Of a stretch of DNA of 64,000 bases, positions 1 through 14,269 are shown piece by piece (position 1 is the first letter of the stretch; each line of letters starts with the position of its first letter). The stretch lies in NCBI GenBank assembly GCA_964016885.1, contig OZ024743.1, positions 180,172,001 to 180,236,000 on the forward strand, written 5' to 3'. Made by a program: the position numbers and the translations under genes. Source of the DNA: Eledone cirrhosa (Eukaryota). The notes under the pieces were generated by a model. That model was not told the origin of the DNA. It made no database searches and saw nothing but the letters and a program-made list of their open reading frames with translations.

Positions 1-12
1 AGAAAATTACAC

Positions 13-131
<119 letters not shown>

Positions 132-867
132 TGAGAGTGCGAGGTGGAGTTAGAACAGAACTATAGAAATTTTACTAATTATCTTCTACTATTCATTGGG
201 CTACACATGCCATTGATCAGCATTTACATTACTTTCGAATCCTGAATAGCTTTCATATCTGAAAACATATCCAATCTTGTTGTGTATGTATTTTAAATTA
301 ATATTGGATTTAATTCAAAAATCCTGTACAACCTATCATAATTCATTTCTACCTATAAAATACATCTTCTAAGTTTACTTTGTTTTTACTTTAAATTAAA
401 ACTTCAATGCAACAAAGCAAGATTTGTTTTCATATGTAAAAATCAATTCTTGTAGAAAAAAAAATACCTTCGAGTTTGAAACTCAAAATTTCTTCAAGAA
501 TGATTTACTTCGAAGTTATCGGTAAATTTTAAATTTCCTCATACATCATATATATTATAGGCTTATTGAATAAAAATATTCAGTTCCATTCATATGACTG
601 TAATAAAGGAAACTGAATTGCTGGAAATCTTCCCATCACCGATTCCCATAATATATTCAATAATATACTTCAATATCCTTTGCAACATTTCTCAAAAAAA
701 TATAAACTATTACTTAAACATCTATAAACGAATTCTTTATGGAGTTACATGGAAAGAATGATTATTGTGTTCCTGTAAATGTTATTCTTCTTCTAGCTGT
801 TCCTTTACTTTTAAATACTCAGGTATATAACAATTCAGGATTTATTATTATCCCCCCCCCCCCACAT

Positions 868-929
<62 letters not shown>

Positions 930-1173
930 TATATATATTATATATATATATACATTACATTGAAGAAATTTAATAGTTTAACACTTGAAATAGCAAGAAA
1001 AATCGTACCGTTTAAGATACTAGTCTTTCATTAGATGATATCGTTAGAAATCTATAATATTATAAAGCTGAGTGTCGTATGTATGTATTATGTATGTATC
1101 CTACACACCTCCCTATAGTTTCTAGCTTTACTCTCTCCGTCGCTCTCCCTCTCTCTATAATAAGATAATTCCC

Positions 1174-1790
1174 CACTCTATAATTTAACTGCTTTACTCT
1201 CTGTCGCTCTTCACTCGCAAATATTATAAAGGCTGAGCATCGTCTCTCTCTCCCTCTTTTCACTCCTCTCTATAATTTAACTGCTTTACTCTCTGTCTCT
1301 CTTCACTCTCTATATGACAACACTCTTTTACTTTCGTATCTCCCTTCAATATACAGAGAGAGAGAGAGAGAGAGAGAGGGGGACCAGCAACCTGACCGAT
1401 TTTCCAATTACTTTAAATCAAGTATCGGCATTAAAATATTTTGAAATAAACAATGTGTATGATCAAATGTAGCGGTGATTGAAAAATAACGTTCATTTCC
1501 GTCGTATATCTTTCATCTGTCGTCGCCCGCATAAGTAACACACACACACACATACTTTCACACCTGATCTTCGCCAATTGCCGGATAACATCAAAACAAA
1601 ACACACAGACACACACATGCACATACACACATACAAAACCCAAACACACACACACATATCTATACTTTATATGTATGTATGTAAGATCATTTCCCCTCTC
1701 TATAATTTAACTGCTTTACTCTCTCTGTCGCTCTTCACTCTCTATATGACAACACTGTTTTTGTTTCCGTATCTCCATTCAATATATACA
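1174..1790. repeat. Three degenerate copies of a ~45-100 bp motif
   Basis: CTCTATAATTTAACTGCTTTACTCTCTGTC(G/T)CTCTTCACTC recurs at about 1176, 1268 and 1697. Confidence 0.75.
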
Positions 1791-2214
1791 CATAGAGAGA
1801 GAGAGAGAGAGAGAGAGGGAAAGAGAGAGAGAGAGAGAAAGATTAGGAAAACTACACGCACACACATCTACAGAGAGAGACAGAACAACAGAGGGAGGGG
1901 AAAAGGAGAGAGATACGCGTTAGATAGAGAGAGATAAATTAAGTGTTAGTTATTCAGAGAGAGAGAGAGAGTCAGGAGGACAATATGACACAGGAGGGGT
2001 GTGTGGTATCTTTGCAGTGGAGTGGTGGGGGAAGGTATACCTAACCGGGGCGCCAGCCGGACGAGCCAGCTAGTAGAAGATAAAATAGAGAGATAAGAAT
2101 GAGTAGAGGAAGGAACGGGGAAAAGGAGAAACAAAGGGGGGGAGTCACCGTGCGTAGAGAGAAGAGAGAGAGAGAGAGAGAGACGAGAGAGAGAGAGAGA
2201 GATGAGGGGCACAT

Positions 2215-2332
2215 TCTTTAGAACGCCGGATAAAATGCTTTATGGTATTCGTTTCGGCTCTCTGAGTTCAAATCCAACCGAGGTTCAACTTTGCCTTTCA
2301 CCCTATCGAGGTCGATAAAAAAAGTACCAGTC
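2215..2332 (+). mobile_element. SINE fragment (short tRNA-derived family; second copy at about 2848-2966)
   Basis: B-box-like GAGTTCAAATCC followed by CTTTGCCTTTCA...GTCGATAAAA..GTACCAGT, the same core as the copies at 3972, 8117, 13781 and 22811. Confidence 0.7.
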
Positions 2333-2558
2333 TATTACACGGATCAATTCTTCCTCTATGTCCCTTTCTCATTTCCTCTCTTCAATTTCTATCTTTCTCT
2401 GGAAGAAATCTACTGTATTCAGCCAGGAGAGGGATGAGCTCTGCCAGGCTTAAGATGCCCCAAAACGCCGTGTGTCAATATGGCGCTCCTACGACTCTAT
2501 CAGGACCATACCACCAATTTTCTGGTATATCGTCTTGAAACGAACTGAGATTCTCATG

Positions 2559-2758
2559 NNNNNNNNNNNNNNNNNNNNNNNNNNNNNNNNNNNNNNNNNN
2601 NNNNNNNNNNNNNNNNNNNNNNNNNNNNNNNNNNNNNNNNNNNNNNNNNNNNNNNNNNNNNNNNNNNNNNNNNNNNNNNNNNNNNNNNNNNNNNNNNNNN
2701 NNNNNNNNNNNNNNNNNNNNNNNNNNNNNNNNNNNNNNNNNNNNNNNNNNNNNNNNNN
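2559..2758. other. 200-N scaffold gap
   Basis: Run of N; about 360 bp to its left (2201-2558) is repeated to its right (2834-3196). Confidence 0.99.
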
Positions 2759-2803
2759 TAGAGAGAGAGAGAGAGAGAGAGACGAGAGAGAGAGAGAGAG
2801 AGT

Positions 2804-2835
<32 letters not shown>

Positions 2836-3863
2836 TGAGGGCACATTCTTTAGAACGCCGGATAAAAATGCTTTATGGAATTCGTTTCGGCTCTCTGAGT
2901 TCAAATCCAACCGAGGTCAACTTTGCCTTTCAACCCTTTCGAGGGTCGATAAAAAAAGTACCAGTCTATTACACGGATCAATTCTTCCTCTATATCCCTT
3001 TCTCATTTCCTCTCTTTCAATTTCTATCTTTCTCTGGAAGAAATCTACTGTATTCAGGCCAGGAGAGCGGATGAGCTCTGCCAGGCTTAAGATGCCGCAA
3101 AACGCCGTGTGTCAATATGGCGCTCCTACGACTCTATCAGGACCATACCACCAATTTTCTGGTATATCGTCTTGAAACGTAACTGAGATTCTCATGAACG
3201 TTTTATTCTAAATATAAAAGTAGAGAATTAGGAATACCGATAACGAAGAGAAGTTTATTTAGTGGCTCGATATAGAATATGTGACGTTTCACAGTGGGTT
3301 ACACCACTATGTATTTTGGTTAAAAAAAGTAAATTTTTTTTGAATTTTTACAAGCGCTTAAAAAGCACCCCGTAGTAGTTGTGTAATTTGTGTTGCTGTT
3401 AAGAGCAGCCCAAAGTATTTCAGAGCATATGCCAGCACTGTAAATTAAAGTAACACATTGGATAATGTATTCTTTGATATATTTAATGGTTTCTGATTTA
3501 GACATCGCCCCTCATTTGCGTATATGATAAAAATGATCAAGCTAATTTGCATGGCGGCGATTTAGGTTGCGAATCTAATTAAATAAATAATAAATATTCA
3601 TGCTAGAACATAGCGTATGCTAGAGGTCCTTTGAACTTTCACCACGTCAAAAGCGGAAACAATGCAGCCCATATTTCCGTTATGCTCTCACCGCCTCAAT
3701 TGTTGCTTTTATTATTACAATCCTTACTAAATATACTCAGTCTCCTTCTGGTTATATAATAGTGTTACTATAACTTCTGCTGGTTTTGGTGCTGCGACTG
3801 TTGTCTTTTCCGATTAATATAGTTGAATTGTTTCTACTACCGTTGATCTCCAATCAACATATG

Positions 3864-3898
<35 letters not shown>

Positions 3899-3971
3899 TT
3901 ATTACTACTACTAATAATAATAATAATAATAAGGTTAACAACAACAACAACAATAATAATAATAATAATAA

Positions 3972-4156
3972 TTGTTTCTACATTTGGCACAAGGCCAGCA
4001 ATTACCCAGTGTTGCTGGTACTTTATTTTATCGACCCAATAAGGATGAAAGGCAAAGTTAACCTCAGTGGGATTTGAACTCAGAATGGCAAGGGCCGTAG
4101 CCTATGCGTCAAAGCATGGCGTCCAGCCCTTTACCGATATGCCAATCCACCGCCCT
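3972..4156 (-). mobile_element. SINE with (TTA)n tail
   Basis: Reverse complement reads A-box-like head, GAGTTCAAATCC B box, shared core, then AGAAACAATTATTATT tail. A partial second copy follows at about 4175-4240. Confidence 0.75.
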
Positions 4157-4311
4157 TAATAATAATAATAATAATTGTTTCTACTTTAGGCACAAGGCCA
4201 GCAATTATCCCAGTGCATTACTGGTACTTTATTTTATCGATACTTTATTTTATCGATAATAATAATAATAATAATAATAATGATAATAATAATAATAATA
4301 ATAATAATAAT

Positions 4312-7300
4312 AGTAAAACTTAAAAAACTAAAACTAAGTCAGACATTCGAACACTACATTACAATGAAACTTATGCTTATTCATTTCTGGGGCCCTTTCT
4401 GCCTGTGTGTTTGTTTGTTTATGTGTGTTCGTATACAGCGTGGCGATAATGCCACACAAGGGCCAAGTGGGATGGCGGATCCACAGATGGCTATGTAAAC
4501 ATACATTCGCCAATCCTCGATAAGAGTGTTTAAATATCGAACATAAACAGTTCGAATAACGGTGAAATGGAGACTAGAACGTCATGTGACAGACTCTCAC
4601 CCAACAGGTGCCCCCTGGCTCAGCAGCAGGAACCTGACTGTCAACCAAATACTGCTGATGTTGGAGGAAGGAGAAGAAGGAAAGGGGCCAGAACCAACTG
4701 GACGAAAGAATTGAATAGAACTGTTATGCAATGCTACCTGAAAAGTAACCCCAAGGAGAGGGGCTACAGGAAACGGATGCATAACATCTGGAACGAGATT
4801 GGTTTATTTAAATTAGATGAACAAAAATTGGCCGGGCAGGCTCGGGTAATAAGAACTAATGGGTGGATAAGCGAGCTGGAACTGGAGGAACTGAGCAGAG
4901 AGAATGGCTTGGAGATGGCGGGTGTAGTATGCCAGACAAGCGAGCCGGTGGGAAATGAAGGTGAGGAGGTCCTAAGAACGGAGGAACCACCCGAAGCAGA
5001 CAATGATCTGAGTACTGAGATAAATAATACCTGGAACAGAGATACGGCCACTGAGGAGATGAATGCTGACGGGCTATGACAAGATTCGGTTGACATCCTA
5101 AATTTAGTGGTAGATGAATTGAACAATGATAGTGGGAGACCTATGAACCTAAGATTTGTAGACAGGAAAAAGTTAAAAGAAACAACAGCTAAGGTAAACA
5201 AAGTCATCCCATACCTTGAGGCGAGGAGCCTTCACCAGTGCAACAATATCCTCAGAGCACCAGCAAATACGGTGAGGAAACTACTTGGTATAAAAGCGAG
5301 AGGAAACAACAGACAAGAAAGAGCAGAGCCGTGGTGGAAGAAGCGACTGAGTGGGCAAATCGGGGAAATGAGAAATGACATAGGAAAGCTTGAGTCACTA
5401 CTGAATGGGACACTAAAAAACATAGGCACTAAAAATAGACTGGAAATAAAATACAAAACTAGGAGTAAAAAGCTAAATATTATCATAGAGGAATTGAAGC
5501 AACGCATTGTAGCAAAGGGTGCAAAAATCAGGCGATACGAGAACAGAGTCAGTCAGTATAAACAGAACCGCATGTTCGACAACAACCAGAAGATGCTGTT
5601 TGGACAGCTTGAGGGCAAAGAAAGAGGCAACGACTTGATCCCTGGGGCGGAGCAAACTAAAACATTCTGGAGAGGAATATGGGAGCAGGATGTTAGACAC
5701 AATGCCCAGGCAGGGTGGATTGAGACAGTACAGAGGGAGATCGGTGAGCAGGCACAGCAACAGACTGATTTGAGTATCACAGTTGAAACTCTTAAGGGGC
5801 AAGCCAAAAAACTAACCAACTGGAAATCACCAGGCCCAGATGGTGTGCAGGGGTATTGGATTAAACATCTAACATCCCTCCACCCGAAGCTGACGGCCAT
5901 GTTCAATGAATGCTTGGTGTCGGGTGAGGTGCCAGAGTGGTTGACAAAAGGTACCACAGTTCTGATAATGAAAGACCGAATCAAGGGTAATGATGCTACC
6001 AACTATAGACCTATCACATGTCTGCCCGTAATGTGGAAACTGTTGACGAGCATTGTGTCTAAGGAAATCTACCATCACCTCCACACAAACAACTTGTTAC
6101 CGGACGAACAGAAAGGATGCCGAAAGAAGTCACGTGGTACAAAGGACCAGTTGCTTATTGATAAGATGGTAATGGGGAATTGCAGGAGGAGACACACTGA
6201 TCTTGCCATGGGATGGATAGACTACAGAAAGGCAATGGTGCCTCATTCCTGGATCACCAAAAGCCTGGAGATCTTCAGGGTGGCGGATAACATCAGACAG
6301 TTGCTAGGCAGGAGTATGGGGTCCTGGGAGACAGAGTTGACATCAACTGGAGTATCCTTGGGAAGCGTGAAGATCAAGAGAGGTATCTTCCAGGGAGATA
6401 GCCTGTCCCCTCTGTTGTTTGTCCTTGCCCTGATGCCCTTGACCATTATGCTGCGAAAAGTGAGAGCAGGATACAAGTTGGGAAGGGGAGAGCTTACCAT
6501 CAATCACCTCCTCTTCATGGACGATCTTAAGCTCTTCGGGAAAAGTGAGAAGGAGTTGGATGTGCTTGTTGACACTGTCCGTATTTTCAGCAGTGATATA
6601 TGTATGCAGTTTGGTATTGGTAAATGTGGAGTCATTGTGATGAAGAGGGGTAGGTTGAGCAGAAGTAACAGGATCCAGATACCAACAGGTGAGATGATAA
6701 AGGAAATTGACTCTGAGGAAGGATACAAGTATTTGGGCGTTCTGGAGGCTGATGGCATAAAGAACAAAAAAATGAAGGAATTGTTAAGAACTGAATACAT
6801 TCGGAGAGTAAGGAGCGTATTGAAGTCACATCTGAACAGCAGAAATGCCATAAGCGCAGTAAATTCCCGAGCTGTGTCTATTATTAGGTACAGTGCGGGA
6901 ATTCTGAGATGGAATGTTGCTGAACAGAAAGAAATGGATAGGAAGATTAGGAAGCTATTGACTATCTACAACATGTTCCACAAGAGGAGTGATGTCGATA
7001 GACTCTACCTAAGGAGATCTGAGGGTGGAAGAGGTCTTATCAGCATAGAGGACTGTGTTCAGATGGAGAAAAACAACCTATACAAATACGTGACCTATAG
7101 TAAGGAGCCAATGCTCAGAGCTGTACTGAAGGAGGGGACAGTAGGCCAGGGGATGTCCAGGGAGGAAATAACATCAAGGAGGAAGAGCAGCCTTAAGGGA
7201 AAACCCCTTCATAGTACCTTCTTTGAGAAAACTGAATTTAGAGATCCACAGACATGGAACTGGTTGAGAAGAGGAGACCTCAAAAAGGCTACAGAAGGAA

Positions 7301-8027
7301 TGCTAATGGCTGCGCAGGAGCAGGCCCTCAAAACGAAGTGGTTGAAGCACCATATCTACAAGGAGGAGGCCAGCCCACTGTGCAGGATCTGTGGAGAGAG
7401 AGAGGAGACTGTGGCTCACATTGTGTCCGAGTATAAACACCTAGCCCAGACCCACTATAAGGGCTGGAGACACGATGTGATGGGCAGGGTGATCCACTGG
7501 CACCTGTGCAAAGTAAACAATCTACCACATTCTGAGAAATGGTATGAGCATAGGCCAGAGGCGGTGATGGAGAACAATCAGGTGAAGGTGCTGTGGGATT
7601 TTAGGATACAGACGGACAAAAAACTGGAACACAATAGACCTGACCTGGTGGTTGTGGACAAAGAAAAAAGATCGTGCCTGATTGTGGATGTGGCCTGCCC
7701 GTTCGACACGAGAGTGCAAGAGAAGGAGAGGGAGAAAATTAACCGATACCAGGACCTAAAGTGGGAGGTGAAAAGGATTTGGAACTGCCATGAAGTCAAA
7801 GTGATCCCGATTGTCATAGGCGCACTGGGGACTATCTCCAAAAGTTTCCAGGGATGGTTAAAGAAAATCGGCCCCTTCACGCTTTTTGGAACGCTTCAAA
7901 AGGCATGCTTGCTTGGAACAGCAAGAACCCTCCGATACGTCCTGAATATCTGAGGCTGCAGGTAGTGGCTTGATATTCAATCCAACGGACTTTCCAGTTA
8001 ACCAACATCAATGACTGAGATTCAAGG
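4312..8027 (+). mobile_element. R4/Dong-clade non-LTR retrotransposon, family A copy 1, near full length
   Basis: Single long RT + CCHC + restriction-like endonuclease ORF; flanked by (TAA)n on both sides (4256-4311 and 8028-8115); 3' stem-loop TGAATATC...GATATTCA at 7943-7979. The 5' boundary is approximate. Confidence 0.88.
4567..7953 (+). pseudogene. RT-RLE polyprotein of Dong-like element (one in-frame stop)
   Basis: ORFs 4567-5079 and 5107-7953 share a frame, split by TGA at 5077-5079. Motifs: [55 protein letters not shown]...DVACP...K..RY. Confidence 0.9.
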
Positions 8028-8039
8028 AATAACAATAAC

Positions 8040-8071
<32 letters not shown>

Positions 8072-8116
8072 GGATAATAAGGATAACAACAACAACAACA
8101 ATAATAATAATAACAA

Positions 8117-8243
8117 TTGTTTCTACATTTGGCACAAGGCCAGCAATTACCCAGTGTTGCTGGTACTTAATTTTATCGACCCAATAAGGATGAAAGGCAA
8201 AGTTAACCTCAGTTGGATTTGAACTCAGAATGGCAAGGGCCGT
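8117..8243 (-). mobile_element. SINE fragment nearly identical to 3972-4098
   Basis: About 127 bp matching with only a couple of substitutions by eye. Confidence 0.8.
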
Positions 8244-8249
8244 CTAGAA

Positions 8250-8945
8250 GACGCACGTGGTGGTAGAAGGTCATGAAATCGCCCCCGTAAGTTTTTGATT
8301 TTTAACATATTTAAATAAATTGTGAAATAACAATTCTTAGTACAAATGATGCATAAACCACCGAATCAAGTCCGATAAAATTTCGGATCCATATTATATT
8401 GTTATATCGCTCAAATATTCAATTTTATATTATATATTTTGTATTCAAAAGAGAAAATGGTTATAAATGGGAGAAAACACCCTCTGTCTACACTATATAG
8501 AACAGCCAAATAACAACAATTTCACCAACACCAGAAACTTGATAGACCACCTACCCCATCACACTAAATATAACAGCCAGATAACGGCAATTTCACCACC
8601 ACCACCACCAATCCCAGCATCATAATAATAATTACTATTATTATTGTCTCGAGTTTTAACAAAATGTTTAATTCCAATTTTACGGGAATATGTCAACACA
8701 ATATATATTAAACATACGCGACACAAACTCATAGATACTACATATCACAAAACTCAGTAACGACAACGCCACCGCCGCCACCACTCCATCCATCATTGCT
8801 ACCACTATCCCATCACCGCCGCCATCACTCCTTCATTGCTACCACCACTATTCCCCTGTTAACTTAAGAAAGGGGAAGGTGGCGGTATCACTAGACAAGG
8901 GAGAGGCTAGCAAAAGATATAAATAGATTGATTAGTGACCTGGCC
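8250..8945. repeat. Unclassified repeat X (diverged second copy at about 13180-13680)
   Basis: Shared blocks GAAATCGC(C/T)CCCGTAAGTTTTTGATTTT, AATTTCACCACCA and CAAAAGATATAAATAGA(T/C)TGATT occur in the same order. Confidence 0.6.
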
Positions 8946-9231
8946 ACCGGCCAAACGTCAACAATCATCAACAACTATGGCACTGCTGACTCCCCCCTTC
9001 CTCACCAACAATATAAAATGCCCCAGCACCACCACCGACATAGCCAACAACAATAACAGGCAACTTCAGCAAAAAGTATATTATATTATTGTAATGCACT
9101 GGGTGATTGCTGGCCTTTTGCCTGGAGTGGAGACAATTATTAATAATTTCATTCTTAAGCCACGCAATGCTCACATTAAGGAACAACTCATGATAATAAA
9201 CAATTTTAAAAAAAACAACAAAAAGAAAACC

Positions 9232-12200
9232 CTGTGACCAAGAAATACCGGGATGGCGGCCGGCGGGGAATAGCCGTGTCTCTAGAGGAGAACGACCCCT
9301 CTAGTCTTGGTTGACACTCGTCCTAGAAGTGGTAACACGAAATGATTACCCCTTGGCGGATAAGGATAAAACGCGACAAAATAAAGTAAATGTCTAATGA
9401 TAAAATCTCATACCGGATCGGCCGTCACCCGGGTCAAAAAGGGCCGCGTCCCTCAGAAAAGAACAAGACTGGGGTCGAAAAATCAGCTAATGGTTCAAAC
9501 CTTCCCATCACTTCGGAGCTGGAGACCTCCCATAACCGGAATACTCCTACTGTTGGCCCTCCATGCTCACCACCAAGAAATCCAAAGAAAAAGAGAGAAA
9601 AATGGTCAAGGGAAGATAATAAAGAAGTCCTTGAGGCTTTCTACACTGCCATGTACTACCCACCAAATACATCGAATACAGAACAGACATATATCAACTG
9701 GAAAAAGAAACATCCCGAAAACAGAGGCTATATTGACAGTAACACACTAGCCAACATACGAAGAAATATTGTAAGAAAAAGTTACTAACTGATATAGAAA
9801 TTGATCAGATCAAGCTATTAGCACAAAGTCAGCGAAGGGAAAATGAAACACGTGTCAGTGAAAACGAGGTAAATTGTAACACTTCGAATCCCAGGGTTGA
9901 GTCGGAATCACTGGCAACAGAACAAATTAAAGAAAGGATTGAAAAAGTGGAGGGAGTGCATGCTCAAGATGAAACTCCAAATGAAAATAATGAGATCGTA
10001 AATGATAAAGAAATGAATGAGAATGAACTTGCCAACTTGAAGGATGAAATTATGATCGAATGGATGAAAATGAAATAATCTGACATGGGGCAACGAGACA
10101 CCCTCCCTAAGATCCAGAACTCCAAACAGAACCAAAAGATAATACACAAGACTAACATAATTCTCAAAAACATTATCATCACAAACAAACTAAACATTAC
10201 TGATTTAAATCATCTCTATTATGCATCGGCTAAACTCACCACTCACTTATGTGGAGTGAAGATGAAAAAACAAAGGAATTCCCACAAGAAATCTACTTGG
10301 CAAGAGAACATCAATCGCCAAATAAACCTTCTCCGATCTGACATAGAAATGTTAACAAACTATAAAGTAGGTGAACATGTTAAACAAACTAAACTTAGAA
10401 AATTGAAAAGAAAGTACATTATAAAATCAACAAGTGACATAGACATGCTGATAGAAATAATCAAGCAAAAAGTGTCGGCCAAAGCTGCTCGTATAAGGCG
10501 CTTTGAAAAACGATCTAGATTCTATAAGGACAATAATATGTTCAAAAACAACCAAAGAAACTTCTACAGAAAAATTGGTAAGTCAACAATAACTGCTAAA
10601 TCAATACCACCCAAGGAGGAAGTGCAAGAATTCTGGGAAAAGATCTGGGCCGAAGAAAAAGTTCATAATATACATGCCCCATGGATAGACAGACAAGTGA
10701 AAGATACAGCTCACCTTGAGGAACAAATATGGGAAAATATAACAGTTGAACAGTTGCGTTTGGCTCTAAGAAAAACCAGCAAATGGAAATCCCCAGGAAA
10801 AGACAAAATATCAAATTTTTGGATAAATGCCTTCACAGAGTCTCATGAGCTGTTAGCCCAACTTTACAATGAAATAGTTAAGGTGCCAGAAAAGATACCA
10901 TCATGGCTAATTAACGGCATTACATTCCTGCTTCCGAAGAATGATGAGACAAACAATCCCTAAAATTACAGACCGATAACTTGCTTGACCACAATGTATA
11001 AAATTTTAACATCAGTCCTAACTGAATATACATATGACCACCTGATAACAAATGACCTATTTCCCTTTGAGCAGAAAGGGTGTAAACGAGGCTCATATGG
11101 CTGTAAGGAACAGCTTTTGGTTAACAAAATGATACTGGAAGATTGTCATAATAGACACAATAACCTATCAATTGCTTGGATAGATTATAAAAAAACATTC
11201 GATAGTTTGCCTCACAGTTGGATTGAAAAATGTTTAGAGATTTTCAAAATATCTCCCGTTGTCAGGAGGTTTTTGACATTCAGTATGAAGACATGGAAAA
11301 CGACACTCCTTTTGAATAGTGAAAAGGAATCACTGGAAGCTGGAGAACTCAATATTAATTGTGGAATTTTTCAGGTTGACTCTTTATCACCGCTTTTATT
11401 CTGCATCGCACTTATACCATTAAGTAAAATGCTCAATGGAACAAAACATGGATATAAAGTCTATGACAAAACCATTAATCACTTGTTCTACATGGATGAC
11501 CTGAAACTATTTGCAAAAAATAATGAACAATTGCAAGGGCTATTATCCACTGTGGAGCAGTTCAGTGATGACATTAAAACTGCAACAATTGGATTATCTA
11601 CATATCTAAGGGAATCACATGATTGGATGATCAAACTCGTTTTGAAACACGAAAGCATCAAAAGATCATACTCCATTACAAAAGATGCACAAAGATACAG
11701 TAATGGACTACAAATTTCAGAAGCCCCATTTACTGCTGAAATGGAAAACACAGAAAAAGCAAAGCAGGTAAAAGTAACTGCAAAGAAAGAACTGCTACAG
11801 AAACTGTCTAAGAAATGGCAAGAAAAACCTCTGTATGGAAAATACCCAGAACGAGCTAACAATCCTGATGTTGACAAAACTTTAACCCATCAGTGGTTGG
11901 TATCCTCTGAACTGAAATCGGAGACTGAAGGACTGATTATTTCAGCACAAGATTAGTGTCTGCCAACAAAAAATTACCAAGCCAACATATTAAAAAATGG
12001 ATGCAACCCATTATGCCGTGTATGTAAAACCAACCAGAGACCATTGACCATATAATTTCAATGTGCAGTCCTATAGCTCCAACCGAATACCTAAAGAGGC
12101 CTGACAGAAGAGCTGCACAATACATACATTGGATAATGTGTAAGCATTTTGACCTGCCCCATCAAAAGAATTGGTGGGAGCATCAACCACCTCCCATACT

Positions 12201-12729
12201 TGAAAAAGATCACATCTCAATCTTGTGGAACTTTAGCATGCAAACAGACCGAAAAAATAGATGCAAATAGACCTGATATAATACTGAAGGACTTTAAAAA
12301 GAGGGTATGCCTGCCAATTTATATGTCTGTTCCAATAGACAAGAATGTATCTATAAAAACATTTTAAAAATTGAGCAAGTATAAGGACCTGGAAATAGAA
12401 ATTGGAAAAATGTGGAAATTGAGAACTAAAACAATACCAGTGGCTGTAGGCGCTCTAGGAATGATACCTAAGGAGTCTAATTATTACTTATCGCAAAACC
12501 CAGGAAACCGGCGTATAGGAGAAATACAAAAGATAGTACTAATGGGAACTGCCCATATACTAAGGAAGATTCTGTCAATATAAGTACATCACAAGTCTAA
12601 AGACCTAAAGATGCATGTGTGAGTACGTATGTTCTTTCTTGAACATGGCGGACCTTGCTGTCTCTTGAGGTCACTGGTTGTGACTTGGTGATAACTCGTA
12701 TGAACATAAAGCAAGATAAATGCAGCTGT
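9232..12729 (+). mobile_element. R4/Dong-clade element, family B copy 1, decayed
   Basis: Broken ORF 9390-12583 with [36 protein letters not shown] and IPVAVGALG. Internal deletion at about 11580. Ends in (TAA)n. Confidence 0.85.
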
Positions 12730-12763
12730 AATAATAATAATAATAATAATAATAATGTTTATG

Positions 12764-12837
<74 letters not shown>
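12729..12837. repeat. (TAA)n microsatellite at the Dong 3' end
   Basis: Direct reading. Confidence 0.95.
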
Positions 12838-12838
<1 letters not shown>

Positions 12839-13780
12839 CTTAGGGAAAGTAGTGGCGGGGAAAGAGAACGCTTTTTACTTCCTCTATAATGTACGGTTGG
12901 AGGCAGAAGTAAGGAGAGAGAAAGAAAAGTGTTTATCGGACGGAAAGAGATAACGGTGAGAGGCAGAAAAAAGAGATTGCTGTTGACGTTCAGTATATTA
13001 CGTGGTTGGAGAGGGGAACAAGAGAGAGGGGGGGGGGAATAAATAAAGATAGCAAGGTGAATGTTTATGGGAGGAAAGGTGGTAACAGTGTGAGGGAACG
13101 CTATTTTCTGTCACATATATCATACGCAGATACATACACATGCATATGTGATATAGTGAGGACATATAATAATAATAAACGCACATGGTGGATATTGTTT
13201 TATGAAATCGCTCCCGTAAGTTTTTGATTTTTACATATTTAAAACAACTGTGGTAGAATAATTCTTATTACAAATGGAACATAAGATTACAGTTTTAACT
13301 CTCAGCAAGCGACAACGCATCACATTATGGCATAGGGCCCCAATATTTAATATTTAATTTTGGATCAGAAATGTTATAGTCAAAAAAGAGGAAAATGGCT
13401 ACGTGGTAAGACAGGCAAATAATTTCACCACCAACACTACCACCACCGCCGCCGCCACCATCACCACTACGACACAAACAAATCTAGCCAAACCAACTGT
13501 TACTTCAACTTCAACGCCATCGCTACAGTACTATCACATCACCACCACCACCACTGCATCATTATCGCTACCGCCACTATTCTCTCCCACTACCTCCTGT
13601 TAAGACAGAGGGATAGTAGTATTCCCACTATGGGAGGAAGATATCAAAAGATATAAATAGACTGATTTGATGACCCGGTCAGAGGCAACAACAACAACAA
13701 AAACATTATTGCTGCTGTACCACTAAAACTATCTCAACGTGTTTAGTTTAAACGATGTCAAATCTAAACTAAAATATAAT

Positions 13781-14128
13781 AATTGTTTCTACTTGTGGCA
13801 CAAGGCTAGCAATAAGCCAGTGTATTACTGGTACTTTATTTTATCGACCCCGTAAGGATGAAAGGCAAAGTTAACCTTGGCAGGATTTGAACTCAGAATG
13901 GCAAGGGCCGTAACTATATATAATAATAATTGTTTCTATTTTGTTTTCTTTCTTTGGCGCAGGGCCGGTAATTGCCCAGTGCATTGCTGGTGCTCTGTTT
14001 TATCGGCCCCGTATAATATAATAATAATAATAATTGTTGCTGCTTTTGGCACAGGGCCGGCAATTTCCCAGTGCATTACTGGGTCTTGTCGGCCCCATGG
14101 GGATAGAGGGCAAAGTTAACCTCGGCTG
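13781..14128 (-). mobile_element. Cluster of three SINE fragments
   Basis: Repeated TTGTTTCTA..TGGCACAAGG(C)CAGCAAT..CCAGTG core separated by AAT runs. Confidence 0.7.
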
Positions 14129-14269
14129 ATAATAATGATAAGCAACAAGTCGAAACAAATTTCAAAAGTTTTGAACGCAAATCAAAAAATCAAAAATCAA
14201 AACAGCACAGCAGCAACGAAAAACGTAAAGAAAAGAAAAACAAACAAACAAACAAACAAGCAAACAAAA

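Noticed and set aside
2165-3196. Tandem duplication around the N gap, and ORFs spanning it
   Set aside because: The two copies differ mainly by small indels and the first ends exactly at the gap: most likely an unmerged contig overlap.
4430-4560. HDV-like ribozyme in the Dong A 5' UTR (TCCTCG motif)
   Set aside because: The nested double pseudoknot could not be built; in copy 2 the motif sits in a simple hairpin.
5077-5079. Programmed readthrough or selenocysteine at the in-frame TGA of Dong A
   Set aside because: Copy 2 has no TGA at this codon, the copy has other inactivating lesions, and no SECIS is evident; a nonsense mutation is simpler.
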